Shown here: positions 1 to 9,200 of the stretch, in pieces
Layout: each line of letters starts with the position of its first letter
Position numbering within the stretch: position 1 is the first letter of the stretch
Assembly (NCBI GenBank): GCA_015061695.1
Contig: SUWA01000003.1
Span: forward strand, 65 to 64,064
DNA length: 64,000 nucleotides
DNA from: Lentisphaerota bacterium
Lineage (GTDB): Bacteria; Verrucomicrobiota; Lentisphaeria; Victivallales; Victivallaceae
Reading direction: 5' to 3'
The notes under the pieces: model-generated
What the model saw: the letters and a program-made list of their open reading frames with translations, nothing else
Databases searched by the model: none
Told to the model about the DNA's origin: nothing
Position numbers and translations under genes: made by a program

Positions 1-182
1 AGGAGGGCAATGCCAATGCCCTCGCAAGATGCGCAAACTCTACAATGCTGAATAAGGCGTACAAGTCTTGAAGCGCATTTATAATGATGCCAACAGCTGC
101 CCCTCAATGCAAATTTATGAGAAAATGCAAAAATATAACGCAGAATAACCGGATATGTTACATATTTGAGCTTAATTACTAC

Positions 183-226
183 AAAAAAAGTGTTGCAAAC
201 TTCTTCGAGTTTTGCAACACTTTTTT
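183..226. terminator. Bidirectional Rho-independent terminator hairpin
   Basis: 10-bp stem GTGTTGCAAA (190-199) / TTTGCAACAC (211-220), flanked by A7 (183-189) and T6 (221-226). Sits 15 nt past the stop of the minus-strand SGNH gene. Confidence 0.7.
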
Positions 227-240
227 CTATCCGCGAAAGT

Positions 241-1263
241 TTACTTTTTGGTCTTGACCGGGGTAAGTTCGGCCGTTATCATCTTGCCGCCGGTAGCAGG
301 CAGCATCCAGCTGCCATCTTTGAAATACGCCCGGTAATTGCAATCAAGTTTACGGCCGTCCGAAAGTTTACATTCCGGTTTCTGCATGTAGGTCAGAGGA
401 GTGGTAACGACCTTGACCGGACCGTCAGCGCGGTAGTTCCAGCCGTTGACCGAAACGTTCTTGAATACAGTATAATTACCTTTGGCGGCAGCCTCTTCGG
501 AAACTATAAACATGTAGCCGCATAAACGGTATGCTCCGGGGCGCTGGATGACAAAATCAAAGTTATTTTTGCTCTGGACTTTATTTTCTTCGATTGCCGC
601 CACCAGCGCTTCGGCCATTATCTGATAGCCGCCGTCATTGGGGTGAGTTCCATCCGGAAAAAAATCCATGCGTTTGCGGAAAGCCATATTGCTGTGCGCC
701 ACCATGGTATTTTCCTGCGCGGCGATCTCCTGAATCGCCGCACACGCCTGATTGCACCATTCATCGTACGCATCGTCATCTTTTTTCATCGGGCTGGGAG
801 TCATGCAAACGATCTTGACGTTGGGCAGAAGTTTTTTGACTTCGCGGACAAAACTGCGGTAACTCCACACATATTCGCCCAGCGAACAAAGCCCGGAATT
901 GTCATTCACACCGTGCTGGATAACCACGATATCCGGCTTGACCGCCGCCACATTTTTCAGCCGGTAAGGATAACCGGAAGACTGATGATACGGCCACGGA
1001 TGTGTGGTCATGGTCGAACCGGATACGGCAACATTAACTTCAACATAAGCCTTTTTCCCGGCCTTTTTGTTCAACATATCCACCGCAACGGTGGTAAAAC
1101 GGTTGGCCGGCTTGGAAGCGCCGACCCCGCAAGAGATGCTGTCGCCGACAAACATGATCTTTTTCGGCGGCTCATCAGCAGCAGCCACCAACAGCGGCAG
1201 ACCGCAGCAGAGCGCGGCGGTATTGAGTTTGTAATAACGGAGGTTTTTCAGCAGATTTTTCAT
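241..1263 (-). CDS. Secreted SGNH/GDSL-family hydrolase (esterase/lipase-like) with C-terminal beta-rich extension
   Basis: 340-aa ORF with a signal-peptide-like N-terminus (AALCCGLPLLVAAA). SGNH blocks present: FVGDSISCG (block I), HGVNDN (block III), DGTHPN (block V). Confidence 0.85.
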   Translation of the reverse strand: MKNLLKNLRYYKLNTAALCCGLPLLVAAADEPPKKIMFVGDSISCGVGASKPANRFTTVAVDMLNKKAGKKAYVEVNVAVSGSTMTTHPWPYHQSSGYPYRLKNVAAVKPDIVVIQHGVNDNSGLCSLGEYVWSYRSFVREVKKLLPNVKIVCMTPSPMKKDDDAYDEWCNQACAAIQEIAAQENTMVAHSNMAFRKRMDFFPDGTHPNDGGYQIMAEALVAAIEENKVQSKNNFDFVIQRPGAYRLCGYMFIVSEEAAAKGNYTVFKNVSVNGWNYRADGPVKVVTTPLTYMQKPECKLSDGRKLDCNYRAYFKDGSWMLPATGGKMITAELTPVKTKK

Positions 1264-1404
1264 AAATTACACTCTTTTGTTTCAGATTAAAAAATGAATA
1301 ACGTATCCAGTTTTAAGGTAGCCTTGTTTTTCCGGCTTTGCAACTTTTTATCTGAATTTTTATCGTTTTTTATTGTCGATGCCGGAAAAAATCAGTTGCG
1401 GCAT

Positions 1405-1433
1405 TTGCATTTTGAAAAAAATGGTTGTATAGT
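1405..1433 (+). promoter_or_regulatory. Putative sigma70-type promoter for the aminotransferase genes
   Basis: TTGCAT (1405-1410), 17-nt spacer, TATAGT (1428-1433), in an AT-rich divergent intergenic region. Implies a ~190-nt leader. Confidence 0.45.
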
Positions 1434-1623
1434 ATTTGCAGAAATAATAAATGACATTTATTATAAATGGCGTTTATAATCAGAGATCATCCACCGTAAA
1501 CTGCAGAATATGTTGCAGTTGCACAAAGTTCTGTCAGTTGCGCCGGATCGATCGGAGTTTGAACAAAAAGCATCCGTTGTATGTGTTAACTGTAAAAAAC
1601 CCAAAAAGAAAGAGAGTGTGAAG

Positions 1624-2886
1624 ATGTCTGACAAATTGGCGATTAATGGTGGTGAAGCATTGAATAAGGAGCCGTTTCCGCTGTGGCCGGTGTATTCCGA
1701 AAAGACCTACCAGATGTTGGCGGAACCTCTGAAGACTGCCAAACTGAACTACTGGAGCGGTCCTTACGGCAAAAAGTTTGAACAGGAACTTGCCGCGTGG
1801 CACAATGCCAAATATTGCGTCAGCACGGTCAACGAATACGGCGCTGTTCACATGGCATTGTCGGCCCTGGGCGTTATTCCCGGCGACGAAGTCATCGTAC
1901 CCTGCTACATTTATTTCCCGCCTGTTTTTGCGATCCTTCAGCTGGGTGCGCTGCCGGTCTTCTCCGACGTGGACTACTCGCACACACTCGACCCCAAACA
2001 CATCGAAGAAAAAATCACTGACCGCACCCGCGCGATCGTGGTTTCGCACATGTACGGTATCGTAACTGACATGGGCCCGATCATGGAAATCGCCAAAAAG
2101 CACGGTCTGCGCGTACTGGAAGACTGCACCGAATGTTTCGGCGGTGTCTACAAAGGCCAAAAGACCGGTACCATTGCGGATGTCGGATGCTACAACCTCT
2201 GCCACACCAAACACCTGACCACCGGCGGCGAAGGCGGCGCGATCATTACCAACGACAAAGATATCTTTGAAACCTGCTTCTCGCTGCGCGACTTCGGTTT
2301 CGACACCAGCAACGGTTTGGATATGCTTACCGAAGAACATCGCCGTCTGTACGTTCATAACCGCATCGGCTGCAACTACCGCATGACGGAAATCCAGTCG
2401 TTGATCGGTTCCTGCGAACTGGAACGGATGGATTCCTGGAACCTGCCGCTGCGCAGAAGAAACGGTGAATACCTGATCAACGCTTTGAAAGATCACCCGC
2501 TGGTCAAGGTTTGCCCGTTCGACAGCGAAGAACGCAAAAACTCCTTCTGGTGGGTACCGTTCTCGCTGGATATGAGCAAGCTGACCGTAACGATCAAGGA
2601 ATTCATCGCGGCGATGGCTGCCGAAGGCGTGCCGGTTTTCAGCGCGTTGTGGCCGGAATTGTACAAGGAAGACACCCTGCAGCAGAAAAACGGTATCGGC
2701 CCGGACAACTACCCCTTCAACACCCCCGCGGCCAAGGCTATGGATTACACCAAAGTCGATTGCCCCGTGGCCAAAGAACTGGCGGAAAGCACCATTTCGT
2801 TCTTTGCGCATCCGAACTATGACATCTGCCACCTGGAAAAATATGTGGCAGCGTTCAACAAGGTTGCCAACGCCTATATGAAATAA
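1624..2886 (+). CDS. DegT/DnrJ/EryC1/StrS-family PLP-dependent (sugar) aminotransferase
   Basis: ORF 1510-2886 trimmed to ATG 1624 (MSDKLAINGGEAL), which has a purine-rich AGAGAG upstream. Family-typical PLP-lysine context CHTKHLTTGGEGGAIITND. Confidence 0.85.
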   Translation: MSDKLAINGGEALNKEPFPLWPVYSEKTYQMLAEPLKTAKLNYWSGPYGKKFEQELAAWHNAKYCVSTVNEYGAVHMALSALGVIPGDEVIVPCYIYFPPVFAILQLGALPVFSDVDYSHTLDPKHIEEKITDRTRAIVVSHMYGIVTDMGPIMEIAKKHGLRVLEDCTECFGGVYKGQKTGTIADVGCYNLCHTKHLTTGGEGGAIITNDKDIFETCFSLRDFGFDTSNGLDMLTEEHRRLYVHNRIGCNYRMTEIQSLIGSCELERMDSWNLPLRRRNGEYLINALKDHPLVKVCPFDSEERKNSFWWVPFSLDMSKLTVTIKEFIAAMAAEGVPVFSALWPELYKEDTLQQKNGIGPDNYPFNTPAAKAMDYTKVDCPVAKELAESTISFFAHPNYDICHLEKYVAAFNKVANAYMK

Positions 2887-2980
2887 GCGTTGTGCCGTCA
2901 GGGCAGAATAAAAACAAGCCCGCAAAGCACTCAAAAATACCGGGTGCTTTGCGAAAACAATATCCAACTTATTTACAAAG

Positions 2981-4354
2981 ATGGTGAATCAAATGAATTT
3001 CACAGATGCAGAAAAAGCCCGTTTGAAGGCCAGTGCCCGCAAACACGTTCTCGGTCACTGGATGGACAATGCCGACCTTGACAAAGGCGTGAAGATCTTT
3101 ACCCGCGGTAAAGGCTGCCGTATCACTGATATCGACGGCAATGAATTTATTGATACATTTTCCAACCTGGTAACTTGCGCGATCGGTCATGGCCGTGAAG
3201 AGATCCGTCTGGCGATCGACGAACAGCTCAAAGATCTGGAATTCTTCCCGAACTACCACGACGGATTCTCCGCTCCGCTGGTCCGTCTGGCGGAAAAACT
3301 TGCTGAACTCGCCCCCGGCGATCTGGAAGTTACCTTCTTTTTGAACTCCGGCAGCGAAGCTAACGAAACCGCCGTCAAGATGGCGCGTCAGTATTTCTGG
3401 CAGACCGGGCAGAAGGGCCGTTACAAGGTCATCAGCCGCCGCTGCAGCTATCACGGCACCACTCTGGCTGCCACCAGCTGGACCGGTTTCAGCGCGCTGC
3501 GCGAACCTGTTGAACCGCTGATGCCCGGCAGCATCTATGCTCCGCAGGTCAAGTGCAGCGAATGCGAAATGGGTCTGAAACTGCCCGGATGTAACATGGC
3601 TTGCTTGCGCGAACTCGAACGCATCGTGGTTTCCGAAGGTCCCGATACCGTTGCCGCGATCCTTATGGACCCGCTCCCGGGCAGCAACAGCGGTTACCCC
3701 GTGCCGCCCGAAGGCTATCTGAAAGGCGTCCGCGAACTGTGCGATAAATACGGCATCCTGCTGATCTTCGACGAAGTTCAGACCGGTTTTGCCAAGACCG
3801 GTAAGTGGTTCGCTTGCGAACACTTCGGCGTTGTGCCGGATATTCTGGACGTCAGTAAGTCCATCACCAGCGGCTATGCTCCGCTGGGCGCCTGTATCAC
3901 CACCCAGAAGATCGCTTCTGCGTTCAGCGCTCCCGGCAATGAATTCCGCAGCGGCAGCACCTACGGCGGCCACGGCATCAGCTGCGCCGCGGCTTTGGCC
4001 AACATCGAAATCATGGAACGCGAACACCTCGTGGAACGCGCTGCTGAACTCGGCAAGAAGATCCGTGAAAAGCTGACCGAACTCATGGAATTCGACGTGG
4101 TCGGCGATATTCAGGGTATGGGTACCTTGTGGGCGATCGAACTTATGGACGACCGCGAAAAGCGCACCAAGCTGGCTGAACCCTATGGTGTATTCATCCG
4201 CGACTGGTGCTATGAACACGGCATGATCCTCCGTAACAACGGCAACATGCTGGTGATCGCTCCGCCGATCGTCATCACCGACGAAGAACTGGATCTGGTC
4301 ATGAACAATCTGCGTCAGGCGATCCAGGCGGCTATGAAGCATTTTAACCGCTGA
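2981..4354 (+). CDS. Class-III (omega/acetylornithine-type) PLP-dependent aminotransferase
   Basis: 457-aa ORF with motifs NSGSEANE, FDEVQTGFAKTGKWF and PLP-lysine context DVSKSITSGYAPLG. Start may be ATG 2993 instead. Confidence 0.88.
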   Translation: MVNQMNFTDAEKARLKASARKHVLGHWMDNADLDKGVKIFTRGKGCRITDIDGNEFIDTFSNLVTCAIGHGREEIRLAIDEQLKDLEFFPNYHDGFSAPLVRLAEKLAELAPGDLEVTFFLNSGSEANETAVKMARQYFWQTGQKGRYKVISRRCSYHGTTLAATSWTGFSALREPVEPLMPGSIYAPQVKCSECEMGLKLPGCNMACLRELERIVVSEGPDTVAAILMDPLPGSNSGYPVPPEGYLKGVRELCDKYGILLIFDEVQTGFAKTGKWFACEHFGVVPDILDVSKSITSGYAPLGACITTQKIASAFSAPGNEFRSGSTYGGHGISCAAALANIEIMEREHLVERAAELGKKIREKLTELMEFDVVGDIQGMGTLWAIELMDDREKRTKLAEPYGVFIRDWCYEHGMILRNNGNMLVIAPPIVITDEELDLVMNNLRQAIQAAMKHFNR

Positions 4355-4405
4355 AAAGGGAAAATACCGATTTTTCAGTAAATAAATTTGCATAATAGCA
4401 TAAAT

Positions 4406-4450
4406 GCGTCCATATTATGACACTCGTTGTAATATGGACGCTTTTTATTT
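4406..4450 (+). terminator. Rho-independent terminator after the aminotransferase pair
   Basis: 12-bp stem GCGTCCATATTA (4406-4417) / TAATATGGACGC (4430-4441), followed by TTTTTATTT. Confidence 0.75.
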
Positions 4451-4469
4451 GGAGTAAGATAAACCGATC

Positions 4470-4940
4470 ATGGCAGTAGCCCCCAAAAAACAGAAGCAAT
4501 GGCTCAAAGAGTGTTTTGCGGCGTGGAAACAGACCGACGTGGCCTATTCGCGCCTTGCGCACAGCCGCAATCTGTCGCTGAACATGGTCTGGGCCTTCGA
4601 GTGTCTTTCCGAACACCCGGAGGGTGTGGAACCGGCTGTGCTGGCCGACGAAGCCAAACTGTTGCGTCAGAGCATGACCGTAGTGCTTAATGATCTGGAA
4701 GATCAGGGGTTGGTAACGCGGGAATTTCACCCGACCGACCGCCGCAGAAAAATGATCAAACTTACCAGCCGCGGCAAAAAGGTCTGCCGCGAGATCCTCG
4801 ATACTATTGCGCAGTGCGAGTTGGAAGCTCTCTCCGGATTGGGCGAAGAAGAACAGCGGTTGTTTTTTGAACTGAACACCCGCTTTTGTCAGGGGTTGGC
4901 CACCAAACTTGCCGCCGCGGCCAACAGCAGCGATAAATAA
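4470..4940 (+). CDS. MarR-family transcriptional regulator
   Basis: 156 aa with a winged-helix pattern: MTVVLNDLEDQGLVTREFHPTDRRRKMIKLTSRGKKV. Confidence 0.8.
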   Translation: MAVAPKKQKQWLKECFAAWKQTDVAYSRLAHSRNLSLNMVWAFECLSEHPEGVEPAVLADEAKLLRQSMTVVLNDLEDQGLVTREFHPTDRRRKMIKLTSRGKKVCREILDTIAQCELEALSGLGEEEQRLFFELNTRFCQGLATKLAAAANSSDK

Positions 4941-5030
4941 CCGGCCTGACGGTATATTCAGCATCCGGCCTGACAGATGTGATTCCACAACTGATCGCGG
5001 CATTTTTTTTGTAAAAAAATAAAATCCCCC

Positions 5031-5059
5031 TTGACAAAGTTGCTTGTTTGATGTATACT
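5031..5059 (+). promoter_or_regulatory. Near-consensus sigma70 promoter of the LacI-family regulator gene
   Basis: TTGACA (5031-5036), 17-nt spacer, TATACT (5054-5059), preceded by ATG (the shared ATGTATACT motif). Confidence 0.7.
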
Positions 5060-5066
5060 ATTTTTG

Positions 5067-5080
5067 TTGCAACGTTGCAA
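5067..5080 (+). promoter_or_regulatory. LacI-type operator palindrome (autoregulatory site)
   Basis: Perfect 14-bp CG-centred palindrome TTGCAACGTTGCAA, 8 nt downstream of the -10 box. An identical copy lies at 6185-6198. Confidence 0.75.
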
Positions 5081-5115
5081 TAAGGTTCAAAATATACGTT
5101 TTTCAAGCACTGAAA

Positions 5116-6141
5116 ATGACTACTCTTAAAGACATTGCCCATGCGTTAAACATAAGCTACTCAACGGTTTCGGCCATTATGCGCGGCCGCGGCCGCGAGC
5201 TGCGTTTCAGCGAAAGCACCTGCGAACTGGTCAAAGCCAAAGCCGCCGAACTGGGCTACCGGCCCAACCTCTCGGCCCAAGCGCTGCGTTCAGGGCGCAG
5301 TTATTTAGTGGGTGTGCTGGTCAGCAATATCAACCAGAATGTGATCATTCCCGGCTTATTACAAGGTTTGGACGATGTTTTGATAAAGTACCACATGGGT
5401 ATGCTGGTGGCGACCTATCAGAGTGTTGCCGAACTCAATGAACGCGTGGAACTGATGCTGGCGCGCAATGTTGACGGGGTGGTGATCCTGCCCGACAACC
5501 GCCCGGAATATGAAGAAGCGCGGCTACGGCTGCTCCACAACCGTCCTGCCGCCGGCGTGGGTATGGACAGCACCCTTTACGGCATACCGTGGGTATTTAC
5601 CGCACCGGATGCGGCAAGTCAAATCACGCTCGAACACCTTTTGCAGTTGGGGCACCGTCATTTTGCCAAGATCATACGGCATGAAAAAATGGATGCGGTC
5701 AGCGAAGATCTGATTCGCCGTGCCGGCGGGACTTTTACTCTCATTGAACCGGAAATGGGCCGGCGCAGCTGGACTTGCCAGAGTCGTTTTCAGGCCGGAG
5801 AACGGGGTTTTGAAATGATCTGCCAACAGCGTTGTCCGATTACAGCGATATTGGCGCATAACGATTTTACGGCGGCCGGAGTAATCGCAGCGGCCGCAGC
5901 CAAAGGGTTCAAAGTTCCGCAGGATCTTTCGGTTACGGGATTCGATGGAGCGGAAATATCGCGCTGCACACTGCCGGCATTGACCACCGCCGCCCAACCG
6001 TTTGAATTACAAGGCAGCGCGGCGGGAGAACTGCTGATGCGCGCTATCAATGGAGAAAAAAATCTGCCCAATGTCAGACTGCTCCCAAAATTACAGATCG
6101 GCGGCAGTTCCGGCCCGGCCGGAGCAAGATTATTTACCTGA
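5116..6141 (+). CDS. LacI-family transcriptional regulator
   Basis: ORF 5044-6141 trimmed to ATG 5116. N-terminal HTH TLKDIAHALNISYSTVSAIMRG, plus a periplasmic-binding-fold core (AHNDFTAAGV, LSVTGFDG). Confidence 0.88.
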   Translation: MTTLKDIAHALNISYSTVSAIMRGRGRELRFSESTCELVKAKAAELGYRPNLSAQALRSGRSYLVGVLVSNINQNVIIPGLLQGLDDVLIKYHMGMLVATYQSVAELNERVELMLARNVDGVVILPDNRPEYEEARLRLLHNRPAAGVGMDSTLYGIPWVFTAPDAASQITLEHLLQLGHRHFAKIIRHEKMDAVSEDLIRRAGGTFTLIEPEMGRRSWTCQSRFQAGERGFEMICQQRCPITAILAHNDFTAAGVIAAAAAKGFKVPQDLSVTGFDGAEISRCTLPALTTAAQPFELQGSAAGELLMRAINGEKNLPNVRLLPKLQIGGSSGPAGARLFT

Positions 6142-6184
6142 TTTCCAGATATACGAGCCAATAATATTTTTTTATATAAGCAAA

Positions 6185-6198
6185 TTGCAACGTTGCAA
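6185..6198 (+). promoter_or_regulatory. LacI-type operator palindrome in front of the 1662-aa secreted protein gene
   Basis: TTGCAACGTTGCAA, identical to 5067-5080. Lies 17 nt upstream of ATG 6215, just 5' of the AAGGAG RBS. Confidence 0.75.
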
Positions 6199-6214
6199 CA
6201 AGAAGGAGTTTTTT

Positions 6215-9200
6215 ATGTATCGCGCATTTTCAATTTTGCAATGCCTGTTGCTGTTCCTGTCGGGAACTGTTCTGGCCGGTTCGTTACCGGCCGCAGATCT
6301 CTTCGATCTTGATTACATGAAAACAGAAATGTGGCAAGGTACCACCGGCGGCAATGCCCCGGTAGAACCGAAGATCTCGCGCATCACCAGTCCGGTCGGA
6401 CCGGCCATTCAGGTCAAAGCTATTACCGACGGAGCGTATCAGGGCATGGATCTGAAACTGCCCGGCGTACTGGATATGAGTAAAGTCGGCTGGATAGAAT
6501 TTGATTTTTATCAGACCGCATATCACAGCAGCGGCGACGCACTGGTAAAAGTTTATTACGATGTGGATGGTCAGAAAGGCACCGGTCTGTTTTTGAACTT
6601 CAAATACACCAAAGGTCAGTGGAGCCACGTCCGGATCCCGGTGGATCCGCGCACCAATGCCGGCTTCCCGCATCAGGGTTCATCCGTATCTTACGGACGA
6701 ACCGACCGCATCCATTTCTGCGTATACGGCACGCTGGACAAAACCGGCGAAATGCTGGCAGTAGCCAATCTTAAATTCATTCCACGCCCCGCGGAAAACG
6801 GCCCGATCTACGTCCAGAATTACCGTTACGAAAATGCGCCGGAATCCGGCGATGTAAACTGCAAGATCCTGACCGACGGCAAATTTTCCCGGAAAGCTCA
6901 AACGATGTATCCGCAATACTCCTCCGATCCGTCGATCGTATTCGATCTGGGCGCACTCTATCTGGTGGATGCGATCACAGTCGATGCGTTTGCCGCCCCC
7001 GGCCAGAATATTGCCGACATAACCGTGGAAACCAGTCAGGACGGCAAAACCTGGCGCACCAGCGGTCATATTGTCAATACCAACACCGACGGCAAGATCC
7101 AAAAATACGCCGTGCGCGGCGAAAACCTCAACGCGCTGGGCCGCTACTTCCGTCTGCGCATGAGCCGCAGCCGCAGCGACTTCTTTATCCAGTTCGGCGA
7201 AATCACTTTTTCCGGCAAGATCCCCAACGATGAAGAATTCCGGCAGGCAGCCGCCAGCAGCTACAATATCGGCCCGGCCATGCCGGAAGTCAACGCGCAA
7301 AACTACTACATGAGCAACAGCAGTTACGGCTCGTTTGCCGTATGCAAAAAAAGCGGTATTGCCGTTGACCTCAAACAGCTGGATTTCAAAGTTGCCGAGC
7401 GCATCTACGGCTTGTATGAACTCTCGGACGGCAAAAAAACGCTCAAAGTCAATGATTACGAAGCGCAAGTCCGCTCCGGAAAAGTGTTGGATGATGGCAC
7501 GGTGGAAGTAGAGTTCACCTTTGACCGATACCCCGACCTCACCTTCACCCGGCAATACGGCTGGCACGACGGGGTCTTTTTTACCCGCTTGAGTTTCCGC
7601 TCGCAGCGTACCGACCGGCAGATCTTGCAGACCTCTACCCAGGTGGTAGTGCCGCAGGAAGTCCGCAAAGGCTCGCGTTACGAAAGCTGGGGCGCCGGCC
7701 ACACGCTGGAACACCGCATGGCCGATGATTTCAACATGGATCTGCCCGCTGACTCCGGGCCGGTGGTGGTCATGGAATCGCCTCAAAGCGGCAAAACATT
7801 TCTGCATACGCGCTATTTCTACAAAGAGCGCTATGTGCAGATCGGCTCCGGCACCGTTACCGTAGCCGGGTTCGGCGACAAACGCACCGTCTTTACCGCC
7901 AACGGCTGGATTTTGGGCGACGGACTGTTTGAAGTCAACTCCGGCTCCACCAGTGGTTCGATCGAAAGCCGCCTGATCATTGCCGACGGCGACTTGCCCA
8001 AGGCGTTTGACTTGTATCTTGAACAGCCCGAAGCCCGGGCGTTCCGCGCCGCGATCACCCGCCCGGAGTGGCTGGATGATGTGCGTTATATCTGCGGCGG
8101 CGGCTGGAGTGCCATGTTCGGCGACAATGCGGCGCTGGCAGTTCATTATTATCAAAGTATCATCCGCGAAGGCATCTTGAATTACACCGCCAACGACGGC
8201 AACTTCAACTGGGGCGATTTTCCGACCGATAATCTGCGCAACCAGTTCGGCGGCGTGATGACCGGCGATGAAGTCCGCGCCAAGATCAGCAAATTGCGCC
8301 AAACCGCCCCCGGAATCAGGATCAGCGAGTACACCTGGCTGTGGAGCGCTACAGACAACAGCGATCTCTATCAAAAACATCCGGATTGGTTCATCAAAGA
8401 AAATGCCCAGGGCAATCTTTTGAACTTCTTCCCCAACTGGGGTACCAACTACTACCGTCTGGTCGGGATCAAAGAATCCGGCGACGAAGCGTTCAATGCC
8501 ATAACCAAGTTTATCCGCGACTTCAATCTGGATATCTGGTATCTGGATGGCGGCGGCTCGCCCTCGGCGATCGACTGGAAAAATCTGCGCATTGACGAAC
8601 CCGATGCTTACGATCAGCTTTATATGCGCATCCGCAACGACATCCGCAGCGACGGCGACCGCGCGATCTTCTTCAATCATCCGGAAAATCCGCTGGGTGA
8701 CTGGGGTTATTTTGAAAATTCCAGCGGAGTTTTCACCAACAACTGGCGCGACGGCGCCACCTGGATGTATAAATTCAAACTCTGGCAGCGCCCCGACCCG
8801 CGTTTCAGCCCGCTTTACATCTACTGGACACCGCAGGTGGACAGCGCGGTCCGGCAGTATGTGGTCGGTACCGGGTTGCGCATGACCACGCCACGCAATG
8901 ACTATATGCAGCCGAATGTATCGCTGCTTTCGGCCAGCCAGCAGACCCGCGCGGCCCAACTGGCAGCAGCGCAATATTCGCCCAACTGGCGGCACGATGG
9001 CGATGAACTTTTTGAACTTATGCCGCTTACGATCGGCGACAGCGGCTGGGTGATGATCCGTTCGCACCACAAAAAGCAAGCGCTCTGCAATATGAGTGTG
9101 GACGTTGCACCGCTGGGTAACTTTGACTCTGCCCAACCGTTCTATGTTTTTGAATACGAACTTATGGATCACGCCAAACACAAAGGTACCGCCACCGAGC

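Noticed and set aside
1534-2967. 477-aa minus-strand ORF covering the DegT-type gene. Similar long antisense ORFs occur at 2969-4393, 4344-5003, 6680-9181, 12321-12932, 12994-14217 and 14254-15228.
   Set aside because: The translations are low-complexity and rich in R/A/G/V/F, with no recognisable motifs. Each lies exactly opposite an ORF with clear family signatures. This is a typical stop-poor shadow frame of GC-biased coding DNA.
6050-6214. N-terminal 55-codon extension of the 1717-aa ORF, and similarly 1510-1623, 5044-5115, 28057-28200, 31985-32017 and 54885-55019.
   Set aside because: The extensions overlap upstream genes or promoter and operator elements, and they lack an RBS. The internal ATGs are preceded by Shine-Dalgarno-like sequences and give canonical N-termini (signal peptide, HTH, MSWNAE...).
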